From: Eledone cirrhosa
Taxonomy: Eukaryota
Direction of reading: 5' to 3'
Assembly (NCBI GenBank): GCA_964016885.1
Contig: OZ024743.1
Location: forward strand, 183,458,001 to 183,522,000
DNA length: 64,000 nucleotides
Shown: positions 37,879 to 48,726 of the stretch, piece by piece
Numbering within the stretch: the first letter of the stretch is position 1
How the letters are laid out: each line of letters starts with the position of its first letter
Position numbers and translations under genes: made by a program
The notes under the pieces: generated by a model
What the model was told of the DNA's origin: nothing
The model's input: only the letters and a program-made list of their open reading frames with translations
Databases searched by the model: none

Positions 37879-39058
37879 GTAAGTAAATGTTTGTCAATTC
37901 ACTTCTATTCTGAACTTAGTCATAATAATTAAATGACCATGGGATCTGGAGCTAGAAAGTTCCCCTCCTGAGCAAGGTTGTTTTGTGGAAGACCAGTTAC
38001 CCACACATACCAGTCGCCCCTCTCCACACCACTGATGTCCAAGAAAAAGGCAAAGGCTGACACAGCTTGGCACCAGTGATGTCGCAATTAATTTCTCCAG
38101 CTGAGTAAACTGGAGCAACATGAAATAAAGTGTCAATAACACAACGCATCACTCAGTCCAAGAATCAAACTCACAACCTCACAATTGTGAATTTAAAGCT
38201 CTAACCACGAAGCCATGTGTCTTCACATAATAATTATAAAATAGAATAAATTAAAATTTTAAGAAAGTTTTAATCAGATTATAACTAATCTCCCCATTAA
38301 AACCTCAACTTAAATTTTCTTAACGTAAAACTACAAAGAAAATAGAAGTTAAATTTTTCTTAGATCACATGCTACCAAGGTTATCAGACCTGCTAAAAAT
38401 ACCAACCAAATCCCCTCCAAATTATGCACTAATGAGAGAACCATTACATAGTTCAAATCTGCTAGAAATACCGGCCAAATAACCTCTAAATCACACACTA
38501 ACAAGGGAGCCTTTACATGGTCATTTGGCTTGCTAGAAATAACAATCAAGGTATCATTAATGGTTCATGGTGGTGGAATGTCAGGAATGGTAAACTGTTA
38601 TGCCACTTTATGATCTGTGATCAAATCTTGCAGAAGTTAATTTAGAATTTTATTCTAATGCGATCAAGAAAATAAATAATAAAGTTCTGGCATTAACCAG
38701 GTCACTAACCAGGCCAAAACTGTCTCTGATTCTATGAAATAAAATCACCCATTTTAAAGGTTTCCAATTTAAATTAAAATCTTCCAACATAATTTAAACT
38801 ATAATAAAGGAAGGTCTGCGGGATTGCGTACGTTTTTTTTATTTATCCCGTTTGTAAAATAAGTTGGATTACTTTCAATAAATAATGAATGAATATTACA
38901 TAATTTATCTACTAAATTTCGTGGCTGTTCATTAAATATATTTTATTATTTATTTAAAGATTCACTTCTTTAAAATTTTCAAATGTCAACACTTCTGGTG
39001 GCGATCGCTTAAATAAACATTTTAATTTTCTGTCACTAATTTTCTCCTAATGCAGTTT

Positions 39059-39575
39059 CATCATCATCATCATCATCGTTTAACGTCCCTGTTCCACGCT
39101 TGCATGGGTTTGGACGGGGGTTTTCCGACTTGAGGCAAGAGTGGTTGTCTTGCTCGCATAGAACTGTCTGGCGGGTTTTCTACAGCTGGATGCCCTTCCT
39201 AACACCAACCACATTTACAGTGTGGGGCTGGGAGGTTTTTACCGTGTTGCCTACACGGCCACATTACAGCGTGGACTGTCTGGCGTGTTTTCTACAGCTG
39301 GATGCCCTTCCTAACACCAACCACATTTACAGTGTGGGACTGGGAGGTTTTTACCGTGTTGCCTACACGGCCACATTACAGCGTGGACTGTGTGTTTTTT
39401 GTCGTGACACCTACACGATCTCATTTGTTTCGGCCTGGTTGTTGTGGCACCAACATAACTTTGCATTGAAGGGGGCGGTGTGGATGGGGTGGGACGGGGG
39501 TGTATTTTGTTAGAGATGCCTACTGACTAGTAGGTTTTACTTTGTATTTAGGTAAGGCGGGTCTTCTCTGTTACT
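39059..39575 (-). mobile_element. RTE-tailed SINE with internal 112-bp tandem duplication, inserted into a Helitron-like repeat
   Basis: (CAT)n tail. TACAGCTGG at 39181 and 39293. Flanking GCAGTTT duplication (~39051 and ~39577) splits a sequence that is contiguous at ~860. Confidence 0.75.
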
Positions 39576-39964
39576 ACGCAGTTTATATATAATATTGTCT
39601 TCTTTTAATGTATCATGGATTACGTTACTGATTACATAAGACAGTGTAACGGTCTTCGTTCAATTTCTGTGTATATTGTCAATTACGATTTTATTTGACG
39701 TATCATATTTACATGCATATATACTTGCGTATAATATCAATATACACACTACACATGCTAGTTTCATATAAAGACCTTACATTAAGTTACTATCTTAGTA
39801 ATCAAATAATAATTCTTTAAACCCATCAAAATTCTTAATTAATTAATTGAAATAGAGTCATTAGAAATGTGGTGAAAGGGTTAATTATACTGATTAAATA
39901 ACATTAATAAAAACTGTGGCTTTGTAAGATGTTTATCATCAACATTATTATCAATATTTTTCAG

Positions 39965-40017
39965 CAACAGAAGAGGAAGTGAAAACTGAAGTTGAGGAAC
40001 TTATCAAAGAGGTAGAA
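39965..40017 (+). CDS. Glu-rich protein gene, exon
   Basis: ATTTTTCAG acceptor, (A)TEEEVKTEVEELIKEVE, GTAAGT donor. Phase 1 to 0. Confidence 0.8.
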
Positions 40018-40419
40018 GTAAGTAGACATTATATACATATATTTATATTTTTACTTCCTTTTTGTTCTTTTATTATATTAGAAACACTAGAAACCAATTC
40101 TGAATGAAAGGACAAGATAAATGCAGCTAGTTGATGATATTGTATTGCAAGACATTAATTGACTAACTCAGAACTTTCCTAAGTTTCCATTCTGGCTGAT
40201 GAAATTTTGTAAAAATAAAATATTTTCATGACACATTAAGTTTTATTAGTAACACGGAATTAAACATCATCACCATTTTATGTCTATTTTCCATGTTAGC
40301 ATGGGTTAGACAGGTTGTAACATTCTAAGGTCAAATGACTTTCATGCTCATATGTTCCATTCTGGCTTGGTTTCTATGGCTGGATGCCCTTTTTAATACC
40401 AACCACTTCATGGTGTGTA

Positions 40420-41105
40420 CTGGATGGTTTTTATTATGGGATCACCACTACCACTAGACAGGGTAGACTGGATGGTTTTTATTGTGGCACCACCACTACC
40501 ACCTGACAGGGTAGACTGGATGGTTTTATTGTGGCAACACCACTACCACTAGACAGGGTAGACTGGATGGTTTTTATTGTGGCACCACCACTACCACCTG
40601 ACAGGGTAGACTGGATGGTTTTATTGTGGCACCACCACTACCACCTGACAGAGTAGACTGGATGGTTTTATTGTGGCAACACCACTACCACCTGACAGGG
40701 TAGACTGGATGGTTTTATTGTGGCACCACCACTACCACCTGACAGGGTAGACTGGATGGTTTTATTGTGGCAACACCACTACCACCTGACAGGGTAGACT
40801 GGATGGTTTTATTGTGGCACCACCACTACCACCTGACAGGGTAGACTGGATGGTTTTATTGTGGCAACACCACTACCACCTGACAGGGTAGACTGGATGG
40901 TTTTATTGTGGCACCACCACTACCACCTGACAGGGTAGACTGGATGGTTTTATTGTGGCAACACCACTACCACCTGACAGGGTAGACTGGATGGTTTTAT
41001 TGTGGCAACACCACTACCACCTGACAGGGTAGACTGGATGGTTTTATTGTGGCACCACCACTACCACCTGACAGGGTAGACTGGATGGTTTTATTGTGGC
41101 ACCAA
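40420..41105. repeat. 47-bp minisatellite (~14 copies) grown from a SINE internal segment
   Basis: Unit CTGGATGGTTTTATTGTGGCA(C/A)CACCACTACCACCTGACAGGGTAGA, directly continuing the SINE body at 40265-40420. Confidence 0.92.
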
Positions 41106-41809
41106 CAATTTTTGGGGAGGGAAAAGATGATTAAATTGACCCCAGTGCGTAACTGGTATTTTATTTTATTGACCCTGTAAGGCAAAGTTAACTTCAGCGG
41201 GATTTGAACCGAGAATGTAAAGGGTCGTAACTATATACCACAAAGCATGTTGTCTGATGCTCTACCAATCCTATTGCTAATGTTAATTATATACAAGCAG
41301 GCTTATCTGTTCAGGATGTGTACAGTAGAAGGGTTAATGTTATTCTGAAATAAGTCAGGGCTTCATTTTAAAGGGATGTCAGCCCTGAATGAAAGGCACT
41401 GACAGTCGGATGGCTTGTGTCACTGTTGACCCATAGAGTATGATATATGTCTGGCAGATTAGGCAAAGCAGCTATGCAAATAATTTTGGTGAAATTGGGT
41501 GGAACGAAACCCTTTTGAGGAATTAAACTTGTTGCTCTACTACAAAATCTAATCTGTTGTAAATACTCAGACCAGTTCAACGTTTTTACGACTGTATTTC
41601 TCATGACATTGGAATTAATTAATGAAGAATTTGGAGGGATTTACTAAAATTAAAATGGTATTTGTAACAGAAATTAATGGTTGTTATATAATATTGTGCT
41701 GGAAGGTGTTAATTTATATAGGAACTATTTAAAATGTGAAGTTTTGTTTGAAAGAACTGGAGGCAGTTTTTGGTTTTAAACATGTTTTCTAAATCTTTTG
41801 TATTTGTAG

Positions 41810-42142
41810 GTGGAGGAGGCTATGGCAGGAGAAATGAAGACAACTGAAGCAGAAGAGGAGCAGCAGGAGGAGGAGGTGATAGAAAAAGTGGAAGAGGTAG
41901 CAATGTTAGAAGCTGAGATGGTGGAGGAAGAGGAGGCAGAAGAAGAAGAGAAAGAAGAGGAGCAAGAGGAGGAGGAAGAAGAAGAGGAGGAAGAAGAAGA
42001 GGAGGAAGAAGAAGAGGAGGAAGAGGAAGAGGAGGAAGAGGAAGAGGAGGCAGAAGAAGAAGAAGAAGAAGAAGAAGAAGAAGAAGAAGAAGAAGAAGAA
42101 GAGGAAGCTGTAGAAGGTGAAAGCATGCAAACCAAGCTTTGA
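41810..42142 (+). CDS. Glu-rich protein gene, terminal exon (poly-Glu tail)
   Basis: TTTTGTATTTGTAG acceptor, phase 0, VEEAMAGEMK...(E)n...ESMQTKL*. Mixed GAA/GAG codons. Confidence 0.8.
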   Translation: MEEAMAGEMKTTEAEEEQQEEEVIEKVEEVAMLEAEMVEEEEAEEEEKEEEQEEEEEEEEEEEEEEEEEEEEEEEEEEEEAEEEEEEEEEEEEEEEEEEAVEGESMQTKL

Positions 42143-44194
42143 TATACAGAACATTTGGAGAAATATATATTACTTTGAGAGAATGAGTGATTAAGTGAAG
42201 GGAAGGGAGAGAGAGTGAGTGAAGGGGAGAGTGAGAGAGAAAAAAAATAATTAACATTTAAATGAACAACATTTACAATAATGAAAAAAATAAAAATTAA
42301 TGAACAATAATGGCAATAACAAAAGAAAACAACAAACACACACACACATGTACACATGAATTAAAATGCAGCTTTGTTTATGTACAGATCTATAATTATT
42401 CCACTTCTATCCATGCTAGCATGGATAGAAAGTCTTATCGCAAATCTGGATATTTGCATTGGAATTCTTGGAACAACTGTTTTTCTTGTTTTTGTTTTTG
42501 TTTTGTTAACAATTCAACTATGAAGACCATCTTTATAGCTGATGAAGAGGTTGTGACCTTCACCTTTATAACTGATGAAGACAGCGGAACTTTTTCATTT
42601 TTTCCCCACTTTGCCAAAAGTATGACTTGTACAATAACTTCAATCCATTAATTTGCAGTCAGCCTAAACAACAGTTCTTCACAGCCATCTTGCTTGACTA
42701 ATTTTATATTTTAAATTTCAAAGATTTAAATTTAAAAAAAGGGGTTAACTTCCCATCCACAATTATGATTTCATACTTGGCCACAAGATTTCAGAATTGG
42801 GGAGAGAGAGAGAGAGAGAGAGTGTGTGTGTTTGATGTTCATGCTTTGTTCAAGGAATTAGTGCTATCTGTAGTGTAAAATAGCCACAATGATGAACCGA
42901 GTTTCAAACTTACCTTGCTAGAGCTTATATCTAACAGCATGGCAACAACAACAACAACCATGGCTTATAATGTAGACACAAAGCTAGCAATCTTGGAGGA
43001 GGGTAAAGTAAGTTATATCAATCCCAGTATGTTACTAGTACTTCATTTTATCGATCCTGAAATAATGAAAGTCAAAGTAGACCTCGGCAGGATTTGAACT
43101 CAAAATGTAGAAAGTCGCAACTAAATACCACAAAGTATTTAGTCTGATGCTCTACCGACTCAACTAACCCAACCAACTCTACCACCCTAACAAAAACAAC
43201 AACAATAATTATTTCTAAGTCAACGATTCCAGGGAGGGACACATCAATTCCCTTGACCCCCTTTTTATTATCTTCTTCAGTCATCCTTCCATTGAAGGTG
43301 AAGAATTTATTTTGTTTTTTCTAATGGCTAGACGGCTCACTACGCCTGCATATTCAGAGATTTCTCTGCTAACTAGAGCAGTTGTGTCAACTCATTGTTG
43401 AATTAATAGTTGATCTTCTGTGAAGCCACTGATGTTCACGACACCGAGGTCATCTAATTAAACTGATAATCATAGTATGACCTCCCCAGTACTTGATTTG
43501 TTCTTTATTTTACTGAAAAGCAAAGTGAATTTTGAATCTTGATGGTTTTGAAAACCAAATATAATAAAAAAAGATGTAATTAAATACACCAAGACAATTT
43601 ATATGATACTAAATTTATTCTGAGAAGCTGTGAGGTTTTAATGATGATGATGATGATGATGGTAGTATCTTTTAACTTTGGCACAAAGATACAAATTTTG
43701 AAGAAGAAGGAATATAGATTTAACTGGGCCCAGTATTTGACTGGTACTTTGAACTAAGAAAGTAGAGGAATTTAACTAAATACCATTTAGTCCAGCATTC
43801 TACCATTTCTTTCACTCAAATATAAATTCTTTCCAGCAATACACTGGGGTTCTATTCAATAAACTATACCCAATTTCTGCCTTGTGTGTAGACAAAAAGA
43901 AAATAGAGATATTTTATAGAAAAAGTGAAAGTATTAAAGTTGTAAGAGAAAGGCAACAATTGTGATGTTTATATTTTTACTATGGAAAGGATTAAATAAA
44001 AGGTGGTGAAGATGATTAAATGAATGAGTGATATTTAATGAGAGGAATCTGTGATAATGTTTTCTAAATAAATTACAACCTCATGTGCCTATCTTACAGA
44101 TAAAGTTTAACTGAAGACAAGTAAAGTAGAAACCAGTTGAGCAACCTTACAACTTTATAGTGGTGTAAGCTGCAGAACTAAACAAATACTTGTT

Positions 44195-44425
44195 CTATGT
44201 TTCACCAATGTGGAGAGAGAGGATGGGCCCAGCCAGGTTTATATGTCTCACCAACCTGAAGAATAGGGATGGGCCCCACCAGGTTTATGTCTCACCAACC
44301 TGGAGAGAAGGAATGGGCCCAGTTAGGTTTATATGTCTCACTAACTTGGAGACAGGGGATGGACTCAGCCAGGTTTATATGTCTCACCAACCTGGAGAGA
44401 GGGTATGGGCCCAGCTAGGTTTTAA
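44195..44425. repeat. ~45-46-bp minisatellite, ~5 diverged copies
   Basis: ATGTCTCAC recurs at ~44243, 44287, 44333 and 44379. Confidence 0.85.
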
Positions 44426-45800
44426 ATGCCCAAGACATGCCATGTAATGCATCAGGCTCCATTACCTCCCATCCTTTCTGATATTCTATAGGCTCCATCA
44501 CTTCCCACCCTCTCTGATACAGTATAGGCTCCATAATCTCCCTTGAAATCAGAGACAACAGAGAGGAGTTCCAGCTAGATCTTGTTAACAAAATCTTCAT
44601 ATGGTTTATGTACACAAGCCTCCAGTATTCAAGTGCCTAAATGCCAGCAGAAGGGCCCCATTCAAGAGTCATGACCTGGATGCAGCCTGTCCCTCTTAGA
44701 GTGTAAGAAGTTAGGAGCTGGAACACTTGCATGAGTCAGGGTTTCTTCTTGGAAGACCTTCTGTCCAGCTCTCTGGAGAGTTTCTTATGTAATGTCCAAC
44801 TCTTGTTAGAGAGAATGATAATGATGATGATGAATGAAACGTATCTTCACAAGACTTTATAATGTGAGCAGGAACACACAGATTTGGTATGAACTTATAT
44901 TGTCAATTCAGTAAAAATGAAAAAATTTAATAAAATTTTTTTTCAAAATTCAAAGTTGAAAATGTCCAGTCGTTGGAAACAGGAAAATGAATATTAAATG
45001 ATTATGATGATGATGAATGATACACTGATTTAAAAAAAACAACATACAACACACACATACTATGGTATTTGGAAATATATAGCAAATCCAGACATTGACT
45101 CCCCAGTCATTAATACTATCTCACTGTTGGTAACATTAAATATACAACAATGACCAATATATAAGACAGGACAAAATAGACGCACATATATATATATATA
45201 TAACAGTTAGCAATATATGAGACCTAGAAGGAACATACATACACACACACACACACACTCTCATATAGCTACCCATATATACTGGAATGGACCTCTGTCG
45301 GTTTTCACAAAGAGTGTTCCAGCTGTTGTCAACAGAACAACTTGCTTGTGAAATTAACCTGCAAGTGGCTGAGTATTCCACAGACATATATACTTTTAAT
45401 GTAGTTCTCAGAGAGATTCAGCTAGACAGTATATGACAAAGCTGGCCCTTGGTATTACAGCCACAACTCATTTTGGTGAGCTGAGTGAATGGCAGCTATG
45501 CGAAATAAAATGTCTTGCTCAAGGATACAATGTACCATTAGGAAGCAAATTTATGACTTTATGATTGTAAACCGAACACCCTAACCACTAAGCCAGGGTG
45601 GACTGGGTGCTTTTTGTTGTGACACCAACAGTTACCGATGGTAGTGTTGGTACCACAACATAAAACACCCAGTCTGCCTTGTAAGGTGGTAGTACTGGTA
45701 CCACAACATAAAGCACCCAGTCCACCCTGTATAACAAAATACCAACAGGTATCATCATAAAGAACGAACTTCTAATTTATGCTGTACATTTCAAAATGAT

Positions 45801-46342
45801 TTAACCCTTTAGCATTTAAAGTGGCTGTATCTGGCCAGAATTCTCTCACTTCTTTCTGTTTAAACCGGTTGTAACTGGCCACTCGTACTGATGTTAAGGT
45901 ATTGTTCTCAAAAAAAATAATATCAAAATCTTGTAGATTCGATTTATGTGAGATAAAGCCTTTACTGTGAAAATACAATAGAATATATAGGGTAATCATC
46001 ATCATCATTTCATTTTACATCCGCTTTTTCCCTGCTTGCAAGGGTGGGACGGGAACTGATTTCTGGCTTGATTTCTACAGCTGGATGCCCTTCCTAACAC
46101 CAACCTCATTTACAGTGAGTACTGGGTGCTTTTTTGCCGTGGCACCTCCACGACCACTTTGCAGTGGAATGATATAGACCCCAGTCCCTATCATCTCATT
46201 TCTACAGCTGAGTAAACTGAAATAAACTGAAATAAAGTGTCTTGCTCAAGGAAACAACACATCACCCGGTCTGAGAATTGAACCCACAACCTTTCAATTG
46301 CAAGGTCAATGCTCTAACCACTAAGCCATGCTAAAGGGTTAA
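45801..46342. mobile_element. piggyBac-like MITE carrying nested SINE fragments
   Basis: TTAACCCTTTAGCAT ... ATGCTAAAGGGTTAA. Relative to copies at 2585 and 53964, an insert (~45996-46327) made of an RTE-tailed SINE and a tRNA-head SINE sits near the right end. Confidence 0.7.
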
Positions 46343-47618
46343 ACCCATTAAAATAGTTTTCTTCCTATAAATCTAAATAAGATGTAAATTATCTGAAACT
46401 GTGATTATTTTATCTGAAATTCAAACTGTCTTCTTTGTTGTTTTTTGTTTTTTAAATTTGTAATCTTTCACAACACATCACTGCTTTCAATTCCACAGAA
46501 AATATTATGTTTTTGAATATTTTAAAAGTATATTATAACAAATGATTAAAATGTTTTATGTTAAAAAAAAAAAAAAAAATAAAATGATATATGTATATGC
46601 CTATGTGTGTGCATGTATATATATATATATGCATGTAAACACACACACACACATATATATATATACACACAATGTTATGTAATTTAATTTGTCAGTCTTC
46701 TTTATTTTCTAGTTTTTCTAATATATATTTGAGATGTTTTTTAATCTTATTTGTATGTGAAACGATTGGATAAGTCACATTAAAACACAGGAGAGCAACA
46801 GTCTAAAGGAACACCTTACACTATATATCTCTCCTCTCTATATCTAAAGGAACACCTTATACAATATATTTCTCCCCACTCTCTATATCTAAAGGAATGC
46901 CTTACACTATATATTTCTCCCCTCTCTATATTTCAAGTTCAATTCCAACTGGAATTTTATTTGTTTTTAGTCAAGGTGGGTGTGGAGGTGGAGGAAGTGT
47001 CAAGAGAATTATACAAAATTTTCAGGTGAGCTGAAAAGAGACTTTTTGTCAGGTATCAAGTTTTAGAGCCGCAAGTGTCAATAGTGTCATAATGAAAGGT
47101 AGGTCTGCTGAAGTTGTGGAGATACTTGAGCATAGGTGAGTAGAAGTAGACTGATAAGCAAAGAACACAGGTATTAATGATGATAAAGTAGGTGGAATAT
47201 GTATACTGTTAGCTGAAAACTAGATAAAGGGATTGAAGTAGTCGGGGTACGCAACAGAATTATCAAGCTTTGGTGTCTCACTGTTATCTTACACAACACA
47301 ACCACGAGTGCAAAATTAACAAAAGGATCATTTTTGACAGTGATTTCTGTGTACTGGACATGTTGGGTAACACGACGGTAGGGTGGCTACAGGTATGGCT
47401 TGAGGAATGAAGAAAGATCATTGTGAAAATTTACAGCACTAGAGTAAAGACTTTAATTTCATGCAATCATGTTTTATACTTTTCAAGAATATATTGCTAA
47501 TGTGGTTTCATATGGTACAGGATGTTAAGAGTTAAAGGGAAAAAAACACTAAAAAATAAATAAATCAAGCAAAATATAAAAAAAGAAAAACAATACAAAG
47601 TATAAAATGATGTCCTAC

Positions 47619-47812
47619 CTTATCTTTGTATGTTGGCGGCAATAATTTGCCTGGGTCATTTGGCTGTGGTAAATAAATATAGAATCCTAGAATATCACCT
47701 TCACCATATCCAGAGGAAAAATGTTTGCCACGGCTCTGGTGGAAACTTGTTCCTTTCTTTGACCTCCAAGAATAGCTAAACTTATCATAACCACATGGAG
47801 CTTGGACATTCC
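47619..47812 (-). CDS. ASH2L: ASH2L (Set1/Ash2 histone methyltransferase complex subunit), SPRY-domain exon
   Basis: [49 protein letters not shown]...PTYKDK, close to human [30 protein letters not shown] acceptor, GTAGG donor. Phase 1 to 0. Confidence 0.97.
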
Positions 47813-48253
47813 CTGTGGATGACAGTTTAGGGAGGAGGGGGGGTGAAAGAAAAACAAAATAATTGTGTTAATGAGCAGGAGATATAATACAAAGATCAAA
47901 CAAAAACAAAAAGGTTATAAAATATGGCGATAATGATGGTGGTGGTGGCAGTGTTGATGATGATGGTGGTGGTGGCGATGATGATGGTGGTGGTGATGGT
48001 AAATATGTAATGTATGAGCAAGATGTGTTCCTGTGACTGCTCTAGCCACAGAACATGACAACCCTGTCTTACCGATGCCAGCGTAGAAAGCAGATGTAAA
48101 AACAATGATAATGATTTTCCATATTAGCATGAGATCTTTTGAGGTGGTATTGAATCTGGGCAGCTGTCTTCATTATATGGAATCTTACTACCCATACATG
48201 CTGTTGTGCTCACTACATACACACACACACAAATATTTATGAACAATACTAAC

Positions 48254-48343
48254 CAAGAGGCTGAGCCCATCCAATCCGGGTGGCAGTGTCAAGTGGCATG
48301 TCATCTATTTTTACTTCAAAGTACCAAGAACCACAGCGTATAC
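48254..48343 (-). CDS. ASH2L: ASH2L exon
   Basis: GIRCGSWYFEVKIDDMPLDTATRIGWAQPL (human [30 protein letters not shown]). TTCAG acceptor, GTTAGT donor. Phase 1 to 1. Confidence 0.97.
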
Positions 48344-48726
48344 CTGAAGCAGAAATATTTAGGAAAAAATGTAGCAAAAGCTAGGAATACAAGTTCTTCA
48401 TAATGCATTCTTCTCCCTACCCCCTCTCTCTCACACACAAAACATTTAACTTTTAACATCCAGTAATAATTTAGTAAAATATATCTAAAAATGTGTTTGT
48501 TAATTCAAATGATATAATATTATATTCATGCGCAGATCTTTTTGCATACACACACACAATACATAGGAAAACAGAAACAGAAATACAAAAACAAAACATA
48601 AACAAACATTGTATTTATCTCGTTAACAAATGTGCTAAACTTATGCAGCATATTTATTTGTTTACATTTAAATTTTGTTCTACTGTATGAATGGACAGAC
48701 AGGACAAAATAACTATTGTGACATCC

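Noticed and set aside
41776-42357. Minus-strand ORFs with poly-Ser, poly-Leu or poly-Phe
   Set aside because: These are antisense shadows of the (GAA/GAG)n poly-Glu exon.
42539-42600. Two CTGATGA motifs (also CTGATGA at ~40196 and on the minus strand at ~54590)
   Set aside because: No properly placed stem II+GAAA and stem I, so these are not hammerheads.
42700-42745. Minus-strand PFFKFKS resembling the missing ASH2L exon (xLxKFKS)
   Set aside because: Followed by LKFKI* with no acceptor and no LYxEEKD. An AT-rich coincidence.
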